DNA of 63,879 nt, filler included, from Phoronis australis (taxonomy: Eukaryota > Animalia > Phoronida), in assembly GCA_002633005.1 (NCBI GenBank). It is 5 parts of 5 records of this genome, joined end to end, with 100 filler letters (N's around TTAATTAATTAA, not from the genome) between each part and the next. Parts side by side here need not be neighbours in the genome. Positions count along the whole stretch, not along the records: positions 22,351 to 39,069 come from NMRA01000963.1; positions 39,170 to 59,521 come from NMRA01000434.1; 3 more parts are not named here. One strand, given 5' to 3'. The notes beneath the pieces are model-generated. The model saw only the letters and a list, made by a program, of their open reading frames with translations. It did not search any database and had not been told where the DNA came from. The position numbers were made by a program, and so were the translations under genes. This document shows positions 35,135 through 48,894 of this stretch, piece by piece. The first letter of the stretch is position 1; every line of letters starts with the position of its first letter.

Positions 35135-35474
35135 ATCAGCCATCTGGCTAACGACGATAATTGTGTAGCAACCACGCATGCTCAGTGCCAATTAATGGCG
35201 TAAAGCCTCCTCTAATCGTCTGCATGATCCTCTCATGCGCAAACACTGCACGGACGAAGTTGGGCCCTGGGGCCTCGTAGGGCCCATGATTACGCGAAGC
35301 GCCTTGAGTCAGAAGCTTTTTCTTAGTTAGTACTAACAGTAGCTGCAGCAATTTTGTCGTTGTTGTTGTTGTTGTCCATCTATATCCTATCTCTAACATA
35401 TAGGCTAAGGCTGGACCTTTTCCTCGGGGGGTTCGGTCGAACCCCCGAACCCCCCTGGCTACGGCCCTGCAACG

Positions 35475-35590
35475 TATGAACGACCCAACGCTTCCGATTC
35501 TCAACGTCCTTAGGGATTTTAAAACAAACACTGGTGTCCGTATTTTTACTAGCCGTTCGAGCAACCCGGAATACAGCTGTACAACCAGTG
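35475..35590 (-). pseudogene. Frameshifted THAP domain relic, interrupted by a GC-rich MITE end (about 35420-35470)
   Basis: SCIPGCSN in one frame and FKIPKDVENRKRWV in another. Confidence 0.65.
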
Positions 35591-36264
35591 TGCCGATAAG
35601 CCAACAGAGCTGTCGTAGGGAGCGCGCTGGTTCCCTGCGTGCTTAGACCAGGCAAGCAGGTATCGCGCAGTGCCACGCGCTTTAGCATTGGTTGATGTAA
35701 CCTCGGCAGTCATTGGTTAGCTTTACAACACTGTGAAAAAATGGCGGATTGTGAAAGATTTTTGCCTTGTCATGCAAGTGGCGTCACAGCAACTATTTCG
35801 TTTCTGCAGTGAGTTTCCAACAGCCGCGTGCTTGAAGCACATACATTTACAGTAAACGCATACATGTATCTGGCCGATTTAATCGGTGTGTTATTCATAC
35901 TGTATGAATACAGTACACTATCGTAAACAAAAGTCATCGACAGTAGAAAGATGCATTCCGAAAAGGCGCAATCAAAATTTCTATGCTTCACATTTCCTGA
36001 ACGTAAATTTTATGCACCGATTTGTCTGTACAACAGACCACATTTACACTTTGAGTCCATCACTCGCGCCAGTTTGTTTGCGTAAAGCGCTGCCTGTTGA
36101 GATTTCGACCAGTCAATTAGAAACGCCAGTGTAAAAAAATATTTCCGAGGTAAATTAAGTGATACCTGAGTGCTGGTGCGGCTACCGCCCCACCTAGCGG
36201 CATGCAGGGACCCAGCGAGTCGTAGCGAGCCTCGTTTTGGAACGCGATTCCTGTCAGCGTGAAT

Positions 36265-36423
36265 CAGGCGTGTGTTCAGTAACGCTATGACCTGCGCTCG
36301 GACCTAGCTAAAATCTAACCAAAGTCACTTGTTCTCTTTTAAAATACACGGCCATATCTCATGTAATCTCGCGAAGTCTTACTTTTTAGCGAGGTCCTAT
36401 AGCCTTACTGAACGGGAGGCAGG
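36265..36423. mobile_element. About 150-bp MITE, copy 2
   Basis: Reverse-complement homologue of 17904-18052. Confidence 0.8.
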
Positions 36424-37674
36424 TCTATGCCCTCAACTCTGAATATGCGCATGTACGAGAACATGTACAGTTCCATTGGTCAATAGTTGCATACAGTGGC
36501 ATGACTTTATATGCACGCATACTGCTGTTTGTATGCTGATCGATTCCCATGGATTTCTCGTATTTTTTCTAGTAATTAATGTTCAAGCGTTTCACCGGAA
36601 AGCATACCTCAAATCTTTTTGTTCGAATAAATCAAGTGGTGTCGGGTCAAGGTTTTTTAGACCCGTAATAAAAATTTTGGGAACGCAGTGATGTAATGGA
36701 GCGCAGGGAGAGCGGCCCCGTTTAGTTGACATCTGATCGCCTTGTCAATTTATATACAACTGAAAAATAGGTACTATACAATAATACTATTATAACGACG
36801 AAAAAGGTTAATCACGTTGCTGCATAATACCATTTTCTAAACTTTATACATTTCAGTGATTGTCTTTTCGACCGAGCCGCAAAGCCTCTGTCCCAGGCCC
36901 TAGCAGCAGTCTGTGAGAATTTCAGCCAAAACATTAGAAATTTTGTCTTTGCAATGGCTTTTATGACCGTTTATGCAATGCGTGGGTGACACGTTTACAC
37001 TGCTTTCTGTTACGAGTATATTAAAACCTCGTTAGTATTTGAAATTTCAAATTTTGTTCTGAAAATTCCCCGGCTTCTATAAGGCCACCGTGCTTTTGTT
37101 TACATGTCGTTCACCATCAATATGGCGGACCGCGTGCCACGCGCTGTCTGGCTTGCGAGTACAGTCGTGTCACCTCTGTGTATATAGCTCATTGGTGACT
37201 ACCCTATTTCTAAATGCATCGTGAGCACTACAGAGGTGTCAGTCACACTAAGTATTTGTGGTTCCGGTTTGATAAAACTATTTTATTATTTTCACTCGTA
37301 AAGAAATCTGTTAAAAGTGTTTTTGCAGCTTGCAAATTATGCGAGATTGACTGAAACTTGTAACCCATCTTGAACAACGTAATCGTTTTTATTAGAAGGG
37401 TTGAAGTTGAAGAGACGTAAAATCTGGTATCTGTATGTTTTGGAGGGCAAAGGTCGTTTGAATTATTGCATGAAACAGGTTCAAATAGGGGCTCAAGCAA
37501 GTCCCCTAAATCGTTTGCGTATTCGTTTCGTTTTTACTGTCAGGTGATATACTTTTCAATCATTTAATATTTAGTACGAGTTCTAATTAGACTAATATTA
37601 TTCTCTAATAATATAACTAAAAAACGGAGCCTTTATTTGAGTCATAATATGGAGGGACTTTGTTCTTAAATTGA

Positions 37675-37890
37675 GGGCGTTGCATGAAAATGTCCCTCCA
37701 TATTTTCTATTATATTGTGAATGGTAGAGTTCACTCACTGTATTTGTATCAAAGCCAAATATTTACTAAGTAATGAAACTTAAACAGCATACGAAAGGAC
37801 ACTCAATGTGTTCATACGCCCACAAATATGCAGTAGATTCAGGGAACTTAGCTGAGTCCCTTTTTGGGACTGTTTTATGCAACCGGGCAT
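37675..37890. mobile_element. Small MITE (GTTGCATGAAA...TTTTATGCAAC); a related end lies at about 13073-13096
   Basis: Imperfect terminal inverted repeats. Confidence 0.45.
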
Positions 37891-38748
37891 CCAGGCCTAG
37901 TGATAATTAAAAACACCTCATTGTTTGATTTAATTGAATTATTACTCCGCATCCGGCAAACATCAAATTTCCTGCAGATGTATGAAAGATAATTTCTCGC
38001 GTTGACAGCAAATAACTTAACTCAGTAGATCATATTTACAGGGCAATAGCCCATACATGTAATTATGCAGAAACGAAGACCGCATGCCAGGAAGTACATG
38101 TACATGTAGTTGAAGCGTTGTGTACACGTACTAGGATTGACATGAGTAAACTGCCTTGTGGTCAGTCAGGAAAGTGTTTCGAAGTGTTAGACGTCACAAA
38201 TGAACAATCTGTTTTCCATCTTTGAGAAACGCTATCCAAAAAGGAAAGCACTTTCCGAGAGCACGCAGTTTAACATCATAATGCACGACTAAGCGGCCAC
38301 TACAACGTTCACCGCTCAAACCAAATAGACGAAACAAAATTCGACAGACTGCTGTCTTACCTGTTGCCATCAAACTAGTATTAATTTACACAACGTTCTA
38401 TTTACACAGACTACAAAGAATCATGCAAAACTGTAAGGACCGAAGTCTTAGTTTTGACCACCCTGAACTACATGTACTGGAAGTTAAAGCAATGCCGAGA
38501 GTAGAGGAGATGAAGTAATAACGCTTCGCGGAATCATGTCACGAGTATTTGCTTCATACACTTGCAATTCTCCTATTTCTTTCATTTTGGCAAAATTTTA
38601 AATACCTCACCCAGACTATTCATGTGGCGGATCACATCCTATATGTACATGAAATGTACTTGCGCGTTCGTTTTCAAGTTTTCTCTAGTCAAAGAAACAT
38701 TTTTAAATTTCACGATTTATTACTTGATAAGAGATAACAAAGATGGTA

Positions 38749-39069
38749 AAAACATATTATAGAACTGGAGTCAAATGGCAGGGTTAGCCAAGATCCAAAA
38801 GAGATACAAAACATTCAACGAGCTTTTTATGAGGCTCTTTATTCTGAAAAAGACTATCAAGATATTAATTTCCCTGACATATTCACTCTTCCTAGTAATA
38901 AAGTACTGGCAGATGACCAGTCCTTATTATTAGAACAAGAGATCACAGAAGATGAACTCTATGAAGCCTTAAAACAATCCCAAAATAATAAAACACCAGG
39001 CAATGACGGTTTAGGATATGAATTTTATAAAACATTTTGGGATACTATTAAACTGTACCTTTTGGAATG
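38749..39069 (+). mobile_element. L1/Tx1-clade LINE ORF2 fragment (region upstream of the RT core), cut by the spacer
   Basis: DPKEIQ...FYEALYSEK...EITEDELYEALKQSQNNKTPGNDGLGYEFYKTFWD. Confidence 0.9.
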
Positions 39070-39169
39070 NNNNNNNNNNNNNNNNNNNNNNNNNNNNNNN
39101 NNNNNNNNNNNNNTTAATTAATTAANNNNNNNNNNNNNNNNNNNNNNNNNNNNNNNNNNNNNNNNNNNN
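39070..39169. other. Artificial scaffold spacer
   Basis: 44N-TTAATTAATTAA-44N. Confidence 0.97.
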
Positions 39170-41466
39170 CAAGTTGAATAAATTATGGTTTGGTGCAATT
39201 GCATTACGCGTTCTTTGATGCTTAGTGGGCCAGCCGCCAGGGATGCCGAACAAACTCGTACTGAACGATGCTCTGTAAACAGTATTCTCCAAAGCCCTGA
39301 AAAAATACTAGAGAACAGTTTTCTAAGAGCTTCTATAAATTTGCATGCTGACGATGGAAGCGGGGGCCTCACGAACGTTGTTAAAGGATATCTCGAGATA
39401 TAGATTTTGTTGATCGCATAGTTTGTACCAATTAGGTGTACATGCAACCGACAGTCGATTTGGTGACCTTTACGTCACTTTCAAACCCAACGAACTTTGC
39501 CGTATGGACGCGATATCTAAAGAAGCGGGCTTTAAGTTTTAGCGAGCTGCTTTGGGAGCAACTGCCCAGTGCCAGTCGGTTCGTTGCAATGTCCATTTGA
39601 GTTTGTTTTCAAGAATAGGATCTACAGTATTTGGAGAAATCTTTTATCCAACGTGACCGTGGTCAGCTGGTCCTAAACGACAGAACGGTGTAATGACATT
39701 TTTCATACTTAGGAAATGTGCTAAGCCTTGCCATACCGAATACGAGAGGAAAATCGACGAAGTGGCGAGCAGTTGACTGATAGTTTTTTAAATTTGAAAC
39801 TGAAAGAAATTGTCTGTTTCAGTGGCAGAGAGCCATATTGAATATTGCAAGTTAGTCTGTTTATCGCATTCCAAATGATTTCTTTGTGTGCCTGTAAGCT
39901 CTCACTCACTTATCACCACAGCATCGCGTACCAACACGATAGGCGTGTTAGCAAAGTTTAATTAGTCGAACGTGATACTAGATCAGATCGTGATGTTGGA
40001 AAATTCTTGATTTTAACCCTACGTAACGAACTAATTTTGCTGAGTAACAAAAATGTAAACCCGCTATCTTCGATCGTAATGAGTTATGCGAAAGTAATTC
40101 TCAGATCTTACTTTAAACTGTCACGTGCAAGTTTTACGAATTTCAATGATCGATAACTACTACTAACCTTTACTTTTACCACTTTAAATTAGTTACATGT
40201 AGGCACATGCGCCTATCTTTTCAAGACGTGAGGGGTGCTGAACGTGCGATAACATCTGGCTCTTTTGTTAACTGCCCAGCTCAGTCTTTTGTCCCGTATG
40301 ATAACAAGCAGGCCAATTATCTCCCACGCTTCAAAGGAAACGTATGGTGGTTGCACGCTATTACCGAACGCGTACATTGTATGAACACAGGCAAACCCAG
40401 TGCGATGGTAAATCCGTTTGGGCACTGCATAGATTGGCTTAACTTCTGTAGTTGGGCGATTTTGGTGATTCAAAAACGGAACATGATCAGCATTTGACGA
40501 GGAATTCAGAAATGCTATTGGTTTAAGCTCAAATATGTTATAACTTTACTTTCATTTTTGTCAGCACAGTCCAGTCGGGCTAGATACGATCTGATCGGAG
40601 ATTAGACCAATTATCGAACAAAAGAGTGCAGGCCCTCCAACCATAAATGCCAGAATGGAGTTAATCAGTCGTGTAAGATATTGGCTACGGGGGTAAACTT
40701 CCCAACTTCTAGTGTTGGGCTATAAAATCGAACAAGTTGGGAGCAACGGGATAACACCGCCATGCATGTGATCTTTGACTTCAAGAAACTGGCAGAGCTC
40801 ATGCGCGCATTTATTATAAGTGGGAGGGAGATCAGAAACTCTGCGGTAACCACTGAGTTTTTTCTTCGCACGTATTTCAATAATCGTGAATTTTGTTATT
40901 AGCCGCCGATGGAAATTTCCTCACAGGGAGAGTGTATACGTTGCGAGATACTTTCCTGATGGATTGTTTAAAAGATATTCATAACGAGTTTTCGCGTTCC
41001 ATGCCTTTTGTAGCCTTATTTCTCTGATGGTGTTTCATACAAAATACATCAGTTCTTCACGACATTTGTTGAACGCCCGTTCGTCAATAGTATGCGGCAG
41101 TTGACGTTATAGCGCTGCTGGATTAAGTAAGCTTATCATAGTCAGGTTCAATATGTTCAAATTTTGACATTCGTTGGAATTTTTTGGGGAAAGTGGAAAC
41201 TATACATTTTTGGAAACCTCATGGAATGACGAATCAGAAAATAGTTGATTCTATTTTTTTCGGTGGCCATCTTGGCGGCCATCTTGGATTTTCAAAAATG
41301 GCGCCGGTAAAATGGATTTTGCCCATTATATCCGCCCTTGGGTCACTGGGAATGTTAGTTTTTATGGCTACACCTGCAGTTCTGAAGTCAATGAATTGGA
41401 AATTTTAATTTTGTTCAGTGGCGGCCATATTGGTGGCCATCCTGAAATTTCACAAATGGCGCCCGT

Positions 41467-43210
41467 CATGCTCATGAACAGTCCTACTACTGAAATAAGA
41501 TTGGTCCTAACCCCGGTCGTCAAGGTACACGGTGGGATATGGAAAATTGAACTAGACCGTATTTATCCACCTTGGCTGAGTCGCGCTCGGCTCACGATCA
41601 AAGGGATGCCGCCAAGCTGCTCTATTCATCGAGTCACGAGCGAGGATAATTGGCTTCGCTAATGCGGATATGATCAGCTGATTACAATCTACCTAGCAGA
41701 CTGTACTTTTTATGGATAGAGTACACGTAGTTTTTACTGTAATATTTGAAAAGAGGAGCAAAAACAAATATGAGTACAACTTTGAATTTTTCAAATCGGC
41801 CCAGGATAAGAGATTTTGCAACACAGCAATACTCACGATTACTTTCATTCGGCGCGCACTAATACAAAAATATAGGACCCAAGTTATTTAGATTTTGGAA
41901 CACATGCATTGCAATATTCAAANATGCTTTTATTATGAATCTTACAAGCTGTAAAACGACGTTGTTAATTTCATTGTGTTCATTCATTGTCATCCGTCAA
42001 ATCGGCAATTTCCGAGATGTGATCTGCGGCGTGCGCGTATGTGTACAAAACACGTGATTGTTATGTTCCTGAAGTATGAAAATTAAGAAGGCTTTAACAT
42101 GCCGTTATTATTGACAGGGACACGATAAAACGAATTTGGATTTTGACTATAGTCTTGATACAGCGATCTGACTGACCACTGCGTCAGTGTCTCAAGACTC
42201 AGAAATTTCACACAGCCCGGGTAGTTCACTTCGTCCCCAACATGTAGATCGAGACTTGGACTATTAATACTCCACGGTAGAGCAAACGACCGTCGCCCTG
42301 TGCACACAAAATCTGTGAGTTAACCAGCACTCACCTTGCACGTTGCAGCCGTATGAAAAAACAATCTAGTAAACGCCATTTTCCTGCATAATCCTCCGCC
42401 TTTTGTAACAAAAAAGTCTATCGTCGATGACCTACACACGCACGCTCCGGCACTCACTCTCATACGCAGACGAACTTCAAAACAAACGTCACGTGACAAC
42501 AACAAGTGTGTTCTCCCAGAGATTTTTCTCGTGTTGTGGGGTACGATGTAGCGCAGATTTGCACTTAATCGCAATTAATCTGGACTCCAAATGAACTTTA
42601 AAAATTGTAGAACATAAGGAAGATTTCAGGTAATTTGTTGAGTCGAAACTATATTTTTATTCAAGAGTTCAAGTTTTCCTATTGACGATGGGGATTCAGC
42701 GACGCATCAGTCGGCAAGTTTTCGCCCTGTGATGAGCACAATTTTTTGAAAAATTATCGTAATTTAACAACGGAAGTTCATAGCAATGCACCACAATTTT
42801 GTAGAAAGACTGTCATAGGCTAAAAATACGTCACAGAGCGTAAATTTTATGAATCCTAGCTTCCGATTTTACCCGTTTGGGAAACCGGCTTTTAACTGCC
42901 GTAGGCTCAAAAAGAATCCCCTCCCCGTGAAATGAATTTTTCTAAGCGTTTATTGGAGCCAATACAGTATACAGCTTTCCACCAAGGCTAGGTGATGCTA
43001 CGACATTATTTTTTGTTGCATTAGTAACTGGTCTTGGCTAATTATCATTTTATGGCCTGGTCATCCATTCAGCCAAAAAGTAGTTCTAGAGGTGGCTTAT
43101 CAGCCAATTATTCACGCATGCTGACTCACAATAGAAGCCTGATAAGAGTGAAGGTGGATAAATGCGGTGTTCCTACAGTTTCTTGTGTTAGTGGATGTGT
43201 TCACGACATG
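41467..43210. mobile_element. Non-autonomous CATG...CATG element inserted into the left Academ TIR
   Basis: Imperfect TIRs (CATGCTCATGAACA / TGTTCACGACATG). Academ TIR homology resumes at 43211. A second copy lies at 45953. Confidence 0.75.
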
Positions 43211-43539
43211 TAAAATACATTTTGCTCAGTATTTCTGCTTTTGGATCACTTAGAATGTTAGTTTTAATTTATGGCTGCACCCACATTTTGTGGGGTAAGG
43301 AATTGAAAAACACCATTTCTAAAACGATACATATAATGTAAATGGTTTTAATAGCAGATACGACTGAACCCTCAGACTATTTAAAAGAATCTCAGAAACG
43401 CAGATTAACCTACCTATTTACAGTGTATGATCTATATCTTTTTGAAAAGACATTAGAGACATATCTTTTGAAGATTTCGTTATTATATCCACTGCTCACT
43501 TTGGAATCCAGTTCTCCTCTACTCAATGGAAATGCATTT

Positions 43540-45050
43540 TGCCTTTAATTGACAGTCGGACGACAGATAAGCTTTGCAGTAACCAGGCTGAGGATCAATG
43601 ACGAGAACAACAGGAGTTGTAGCCTGCTGGGCAACTTCGACCAGAATGCTATCAGCCACCATGATTTCACCCTAACACCAAGACGAATCTTTGCTACCAG
43701 TGGGGCAATGCTTTCATGCACACTGGGACAAATCGAATCGAATTCCGCACCTCCTGCAGAAACTTTCCGAAGCAAACGTCTTAGAACAGGACAGTCCTCA
43801 AGCTACGTCAAGAGAGGTTTTAGACCCAGAAAACATGTAACGAAGTAACAACATCCAATGAGAGTGTTCACCCAAGCCACAGAACTGCACGTGTGGACAG
43901 TATGGAAGTGATTTTCCTAACTAGAGATTATGACGATACCATTCTGGTTTTTGACACCCACAAAGACAACTCTTTGAAACAAGCCACAAGAGAAAAAGGA
44001 GGCAGAGAAAGGGTCAAGTATACAGTCTGTACCAGATAAGAGATGAGACTTACATAAAGAACATCCCAATGAGCCGTTTCCTCTCCCATGACCAAAAAAG
44101 GCTCAACTTACTGAATATCTCTCTGCAAAGACACTTGAATATAACCAAGACTCTGCCAAGATAGCCATTACTTCAGCTTCAGGATGCACAAAGAACAACC
44201 GATGTGATCTACGCTTAGAAGAAAACGATCACGAAAATGCAGATGTATTGCTAATACACTGTACATCATGCAGTTCTGGCATCACATCAAAAGGTCCTTG
44301 ATTCTCAGGTGATGTTTTGTTCACCTGACATAGATTTACTGGTACTCGTCACTGTCTATTATGACAGTCTTCTCAGAAATACTTCAGTCCCCATGGCATC
44401 TGGGATTGTGGACGTGAATCCATTATGGACAATATGAGGTGTTGTCCGGCCGGGCAAAGGGTCTTCATGCTTTCCATGCTTTTACATGGACAGACAATAC
44501 TGGTTCATTCTATAGGTTGAATATATATTTGAAGGCAAACACTGATGATATTAATACACAGCAGACTTTTTGTACAGCTTATGACGTAACAGGTGAACCT
44601 CTCCTCACATTAGCCCTTTTTACATGTGCATACTCACCACAGGGTATATACACAAATAGCATCCCAGAGCTGAGATGGTACCTCTTCTGTGACCACTTAG
44701 TATGGCGGATAGCGACAAAGGTCCACCAACCATTGGTGCTTTGAAATAGCATGTGCTGAGTGTGTTTATTCAAGCCATAGTGTGGGGCCAGGCAGTCATT
44801 GCTCGCGGGCAGGAGTTCCTTGACCCATTGCAGAATGAATTTACAAGGACAAAGATGACCAGCTGAAAAACTCACAACTGAGGAGCTTAGGGCGCCAGAG
44901 GCTATCATTGAGATGGTTAGATGTCAATACAAAAACAATTCCTCTTCCCAAAGATGCTCTCGCCGATCAAAAGACCTATCTTACACAGATCTTTGTCCGT
45001 ATAGTGCAGAATATCAGAATGGTGATGATGATGTGATTCTGGTGACAATG
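43540..45050 (+). pseudogene. Academ transposase C-terminal relic (XPG/PIN-like nuclease plus Cys-rich tail)
   Basis: HENADVLLIH, SPDIDLLVL, FHAFTWTDNTGSF, PPTIGALK*H...QAIVW and APEAIIEMVRC motifs, with many stops and frameshifts. Confidence 0.8.
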
Positions 45051-45952
45051 ATGGCTATAGTAATAATCTATAGACTGATTTCAAAGTTTTGAAAGACTAG
45101 TGACACTACAAAAAACATACTTTCGTGTTTTTCAAATGTAAATAAGTTGTTTAGGTACTGGTTTAGTTTTAAGAGTCTTGAAGGAAACAAGCTCCGAACA
45201 AAATATACAAGAAAGTAAGATAGTGATCATATGTGTCGGATTACATGAAGAAAGCATTTAGAAAATGTGGCTGCTCCTGAATGGGGTTTTGAATATGTTT
45301 CTCATTTAATAAGTTACATTTTCAGATCTCTTGACCACAAAAATGTGGGTGCAGCCAATAAAACTAACATTCTAAGTGACCAAGAGCAGAGATACGGAGG
45401 AAGGTGAATTTTAAGGGCGCCATTTGTAAAAATCCAAGATGGCCGCCAAGATGGCACCCAAAAAATTAAAATTTTCATTTCCTTGACCTGAGAAATGCAG
45501 GTGTAGCCATGAAAACCAACATTCTAAGTGACCCATAAGCAAAATCCATTTTACCGGCGCCACTTTTGAAAAGTCCAAGATGGCCGCTAAAAATGGTTTC
45601 CAAAAATGTATAGCTTCCACTTTCCCAAAAAAATTCCAACAAAATTAGACAACAAACCTGACTATCAATCAGATTAACGTAGGCAATGAAAAAGCTGGAC
45701 TATGTAAACATTGGTTTGTCAACTTTCTCCCCTTGCTATCGCTGTCAAGCTGCTAACGTCACGGCTGTATCCCGACTAGCGGATGACGGTGAAATGGGCG
45801 GAACACTCATCATTCAAGGTTGGGTGCGTAACCTAAATATCTTTTCAGTTCTTGAGCATTCAGGCATTCTGATGGCATTCATAGCAAGTTTCAACTGTCG
45901 CCAATCAAGAAATTCACCAAGTGTAGATCCAAAGAGGTGTCGCTTTTCGGAC

Positions 45953-46630
45953 CATGCTATGAACATTCCCACTAAATAAAATTGGTTCTAACCCCAGTGG
46001 TTAAGGTAAACGGCGGGGTATGGAAACTTGAACTAGACCGTATTTATCCACCTTGGCTGAGTCGCACTCGGCTCACGATCAAAGGGATGCCGCCAGGCTG
46101 CTCTAGTCATCGAGTCACGAGCGAGGATAATTGGCTTCGCTCATACGGATATGATCAGCTGATTACAATCTAGCTAGCAGACTGTACTTTTTATGGTGAG
46201 AGTTTTACGTAGTTTTTACTGTAATATTTGAAAAGAGGAGCGAAAACAAATATGAGTACAACTTTGAATTTTTCAAATCGGCCCAGGATAAGAGATTTTG
46301 CAACACAGCNNNNNNNNNNNNNNNTACAATAAGAATCCCCTCCCCGTGAAATGATTTTTTCTAAGCGTTTATTAGAGCCAATACAGTATACAGCTTTCCA
46401 CCAAGGCTAGGTGATACTACGACATTATTCTTTGTTGCATTAGTAACTGGTCTTGGCTAATATTATCATTTTATGGCCTGGTCATCCATTCAGCCAAAAG
46501 AAGTTCCAGAGGTGGCTTATCAGCCAATTATTCACGCATGCTGACTCACAATAGAAGCCTGATGAGAGTGAAGGTGGATAAATGCGGTGTTCCTACAGTT
46601 TCTTGTTTTAGTGGATGTGTTCACGACATG
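45953..46630. mobile_element. Second copy of the CATG-ended element (centre lost in the N gap at 46310-46324)
   Basis: 45960-46309 matches 41470-41828; 46332-46630 matches 42912-43210. Confidence 0.8.
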
Positions 46631-47595
46631 GACGAATAACGGCCCTTGGCGGACAAGCCCTTCAGTCACAACGGCTTCGCCAGGGAACTTTATCTTGGTT
46701 TCTCGACAATTCGGACTATCGATCCGATGTCCATTTATTTTTTTCCTATATCTGTGTGTGCTAATGATCCATCTAGATTTCGAGAAATGTTTTAAGCCTG
46801 GGAACATCGAATTTGTCTAGCTCATGCCATGAAGCGTTGTCTGCCTTATATACGCTATTCCCGCAGTGAAATCCGAAATCATTGCCCATACCGCTTAGCG
46901 TGACTGGTGGCGCCGGCCTAGCGAACTATTTACGGACTTCTATCGACAATGTAGGGCCAACTAACAATGTTGGCATGCCACAAAAGTAAGTGGTAACCAT
47001 GCAGCCACTAAAAAGACCTGTTTCAGCTAATGTCCATCGCAATTAATCGACTTCGCGCTAGCCAAAAATGCAATCATGTTTCCTGACTGTATCATTGACT
47101 TCCTTATTTGGAAAGTCACGTGACTTGACTGGCCCCCATACCAGTATCTTTGCCCATACGGAACGAAATATTCAGTACAATCAATATGCAGACCGGAAAG
47201 AGCCAAGAGGCATTGTATCTGGGTTAAATAAATACAAAGAAACCTATATAAAATTATACACAAATACAAGTTAATAAACTGATATTAAGATTACAATAAC
47301 ATATGATTACAAATATAAATAAATCATTTTAATACACAATAAGTTAGATCGACTCACACAAAGAGAATTAAAATTAAAAAGAAATTTTGATACTCGGTAT
47401 TTAATAAAATCTTATTTTCATTTAGGTCGAGTTCTTTACTGACGTATCATTGCCACGGAAGACAACAAGCTCACAACGGCTGCGCAATATTCGGGCGATG
47501 ATAGTGTCTATAACTGTGTTTCCGCAGGCAGCGGTCCTGTTGGCAACATAGAATTAAAACCCAAACACGATTATGTGATCATGAATGGAAAAACC

Positions 47596-47751
47596 CAGTG
47601 GCGGATTTAGGGAGGGGCAATGGTAGATATGCTCCCCCTAAAATTCTTCCAGTTTCAAATTGACAGTTCAGGGGTGCGAATGTCTGCCGGGCAAGATCCT
47701 GGCTGTATTCTGCTCTAGCCCCTCTAACTCAAAATCCTGGATCCGCCCCTG
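47596..47751. mobile_element. GC-rich MITE (CAGTGGCGGAT...ATCCGCCCCTG)
   Basis: Terminal inverted repeats. Related ends occur at about 15322 and at 57259-57543. Confidence 0.7.
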
Positions 47752-48806
47752 AAAACTGTGCTCTACGTTATTGGAAGTGCAAGCAGCCTTCGTTGCTAAG
47801 TTTCTAGACGTCATTTCTATGACCTACATGTATCATGAGAGCCGTCTTGTCTGATTAGCCGGGTACTGGTCAGCTATGTAAATCATGTGCAAAAGGGGGC
47901 GCTAAGTATCTAATACTCATTGATTCAGCTTCAACGTCAAGATTCTTCGCCCCAACCTACTTATTCCGGTTCGAGGTTTACAATTTCGACTTGACCTACA
48001 TGTAATTAGAAATGCCGAGGGCTGAGAACTTGAGCTGGGCACAGTAGTTGTGTTGATCGTGGGTTTACTATGTGTGACGCACTTCGCCACATCTCAGTAC
48101 TGGGGTAGTGGTGATTGTTTGTGACTGACTTATATTGAGACTTGTGGAGTTAAGATCAACGAACAATAACAGCCTTCCCAAGAGTCTTCCTAAAACTAAG
48201 TTTTCTTTGTTTTGAGTTGATCTGGAATAAAACGCAGTACCAGCACCGCTGTCAATCAAGGTTATAATGAAGACAACTCCACTAACAACAACGTTTCTAC
48301 AACTGATTCAACACTTCTCAAAAGACTACTCTCCTCTTTTAAATTTTGATTTTATTTCTAGAACGAAATATTGGTATTTTTAAACACGAAAAACCTTATA
48401 TTAAGCACAAAACTTCATTACTGAAAATTTTGTGGGTGGAAACCTTTTCCCACTACCCTATTTACAGCAGGTTTGTTGTGCCAGTATGTTATGGATCCCT
48501 TGCTTCTCGCTTTCTGTCTCTGCCACCATATTTTTTCCCAATAATTCACTCACTTACGTGATTATTGGTGCTGGGCACTGATCACACACATGCCCACCAC
48601 AACAAACAAGATAGCCGGTTTACACAGTCGCGAAGACTAAAATGAGTTGCATGGCATCCAAGTACGTCATGCGACCACGTGACGACTCACTCTGGGAGTG
48701 GCAGCAGTGTTGGATAGGTTTGCGCCGAATTGCAGCACCGAATTAAGTCTCGCCCTTTGTGTCGATTTTCTGTCCGTTGACACCTGTCGGAAGGAACATC
48801 TCCAAT

Positions 48807-48894
48807 ATGGGTGAATGGCAAAATGGTCTTTGTGGATGCTTCAACAATTTCGGATTGTGCATCGTGACATATTTCGTGCCATGCTACACATTTG
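48807..48894 (+). CDS. PLAC8/cornifelin-family Cys-rich protein, first coding exon (MGEWQNGLCGCFNNFGLCIVTYFVPCYTFG)
   Basis: W..GL..CF....C.....PC..FG PLAC8 motif and G|GTAAGT donor. Downstream exons were not located. Confidence 0.88.

Larger units (their letters stand above)
41139..45664 (+). mobile_element. Academ (AcademX-like) DNA transposon, internally deleted and decayed
   Basis: TAGTCAGG...CCTGACTA termini, TCA duplicated at 41136-41138 and 45665-45667, long imperfect TIRs, XPG-like transposase relic inside. Confidence 0.85.

Noticed and set aside
38355-38370. Minus-strand micro-exon ATGGCAACAG|GTAAGA
   Set aside because: No downstream exon could be linked; it could be chance.
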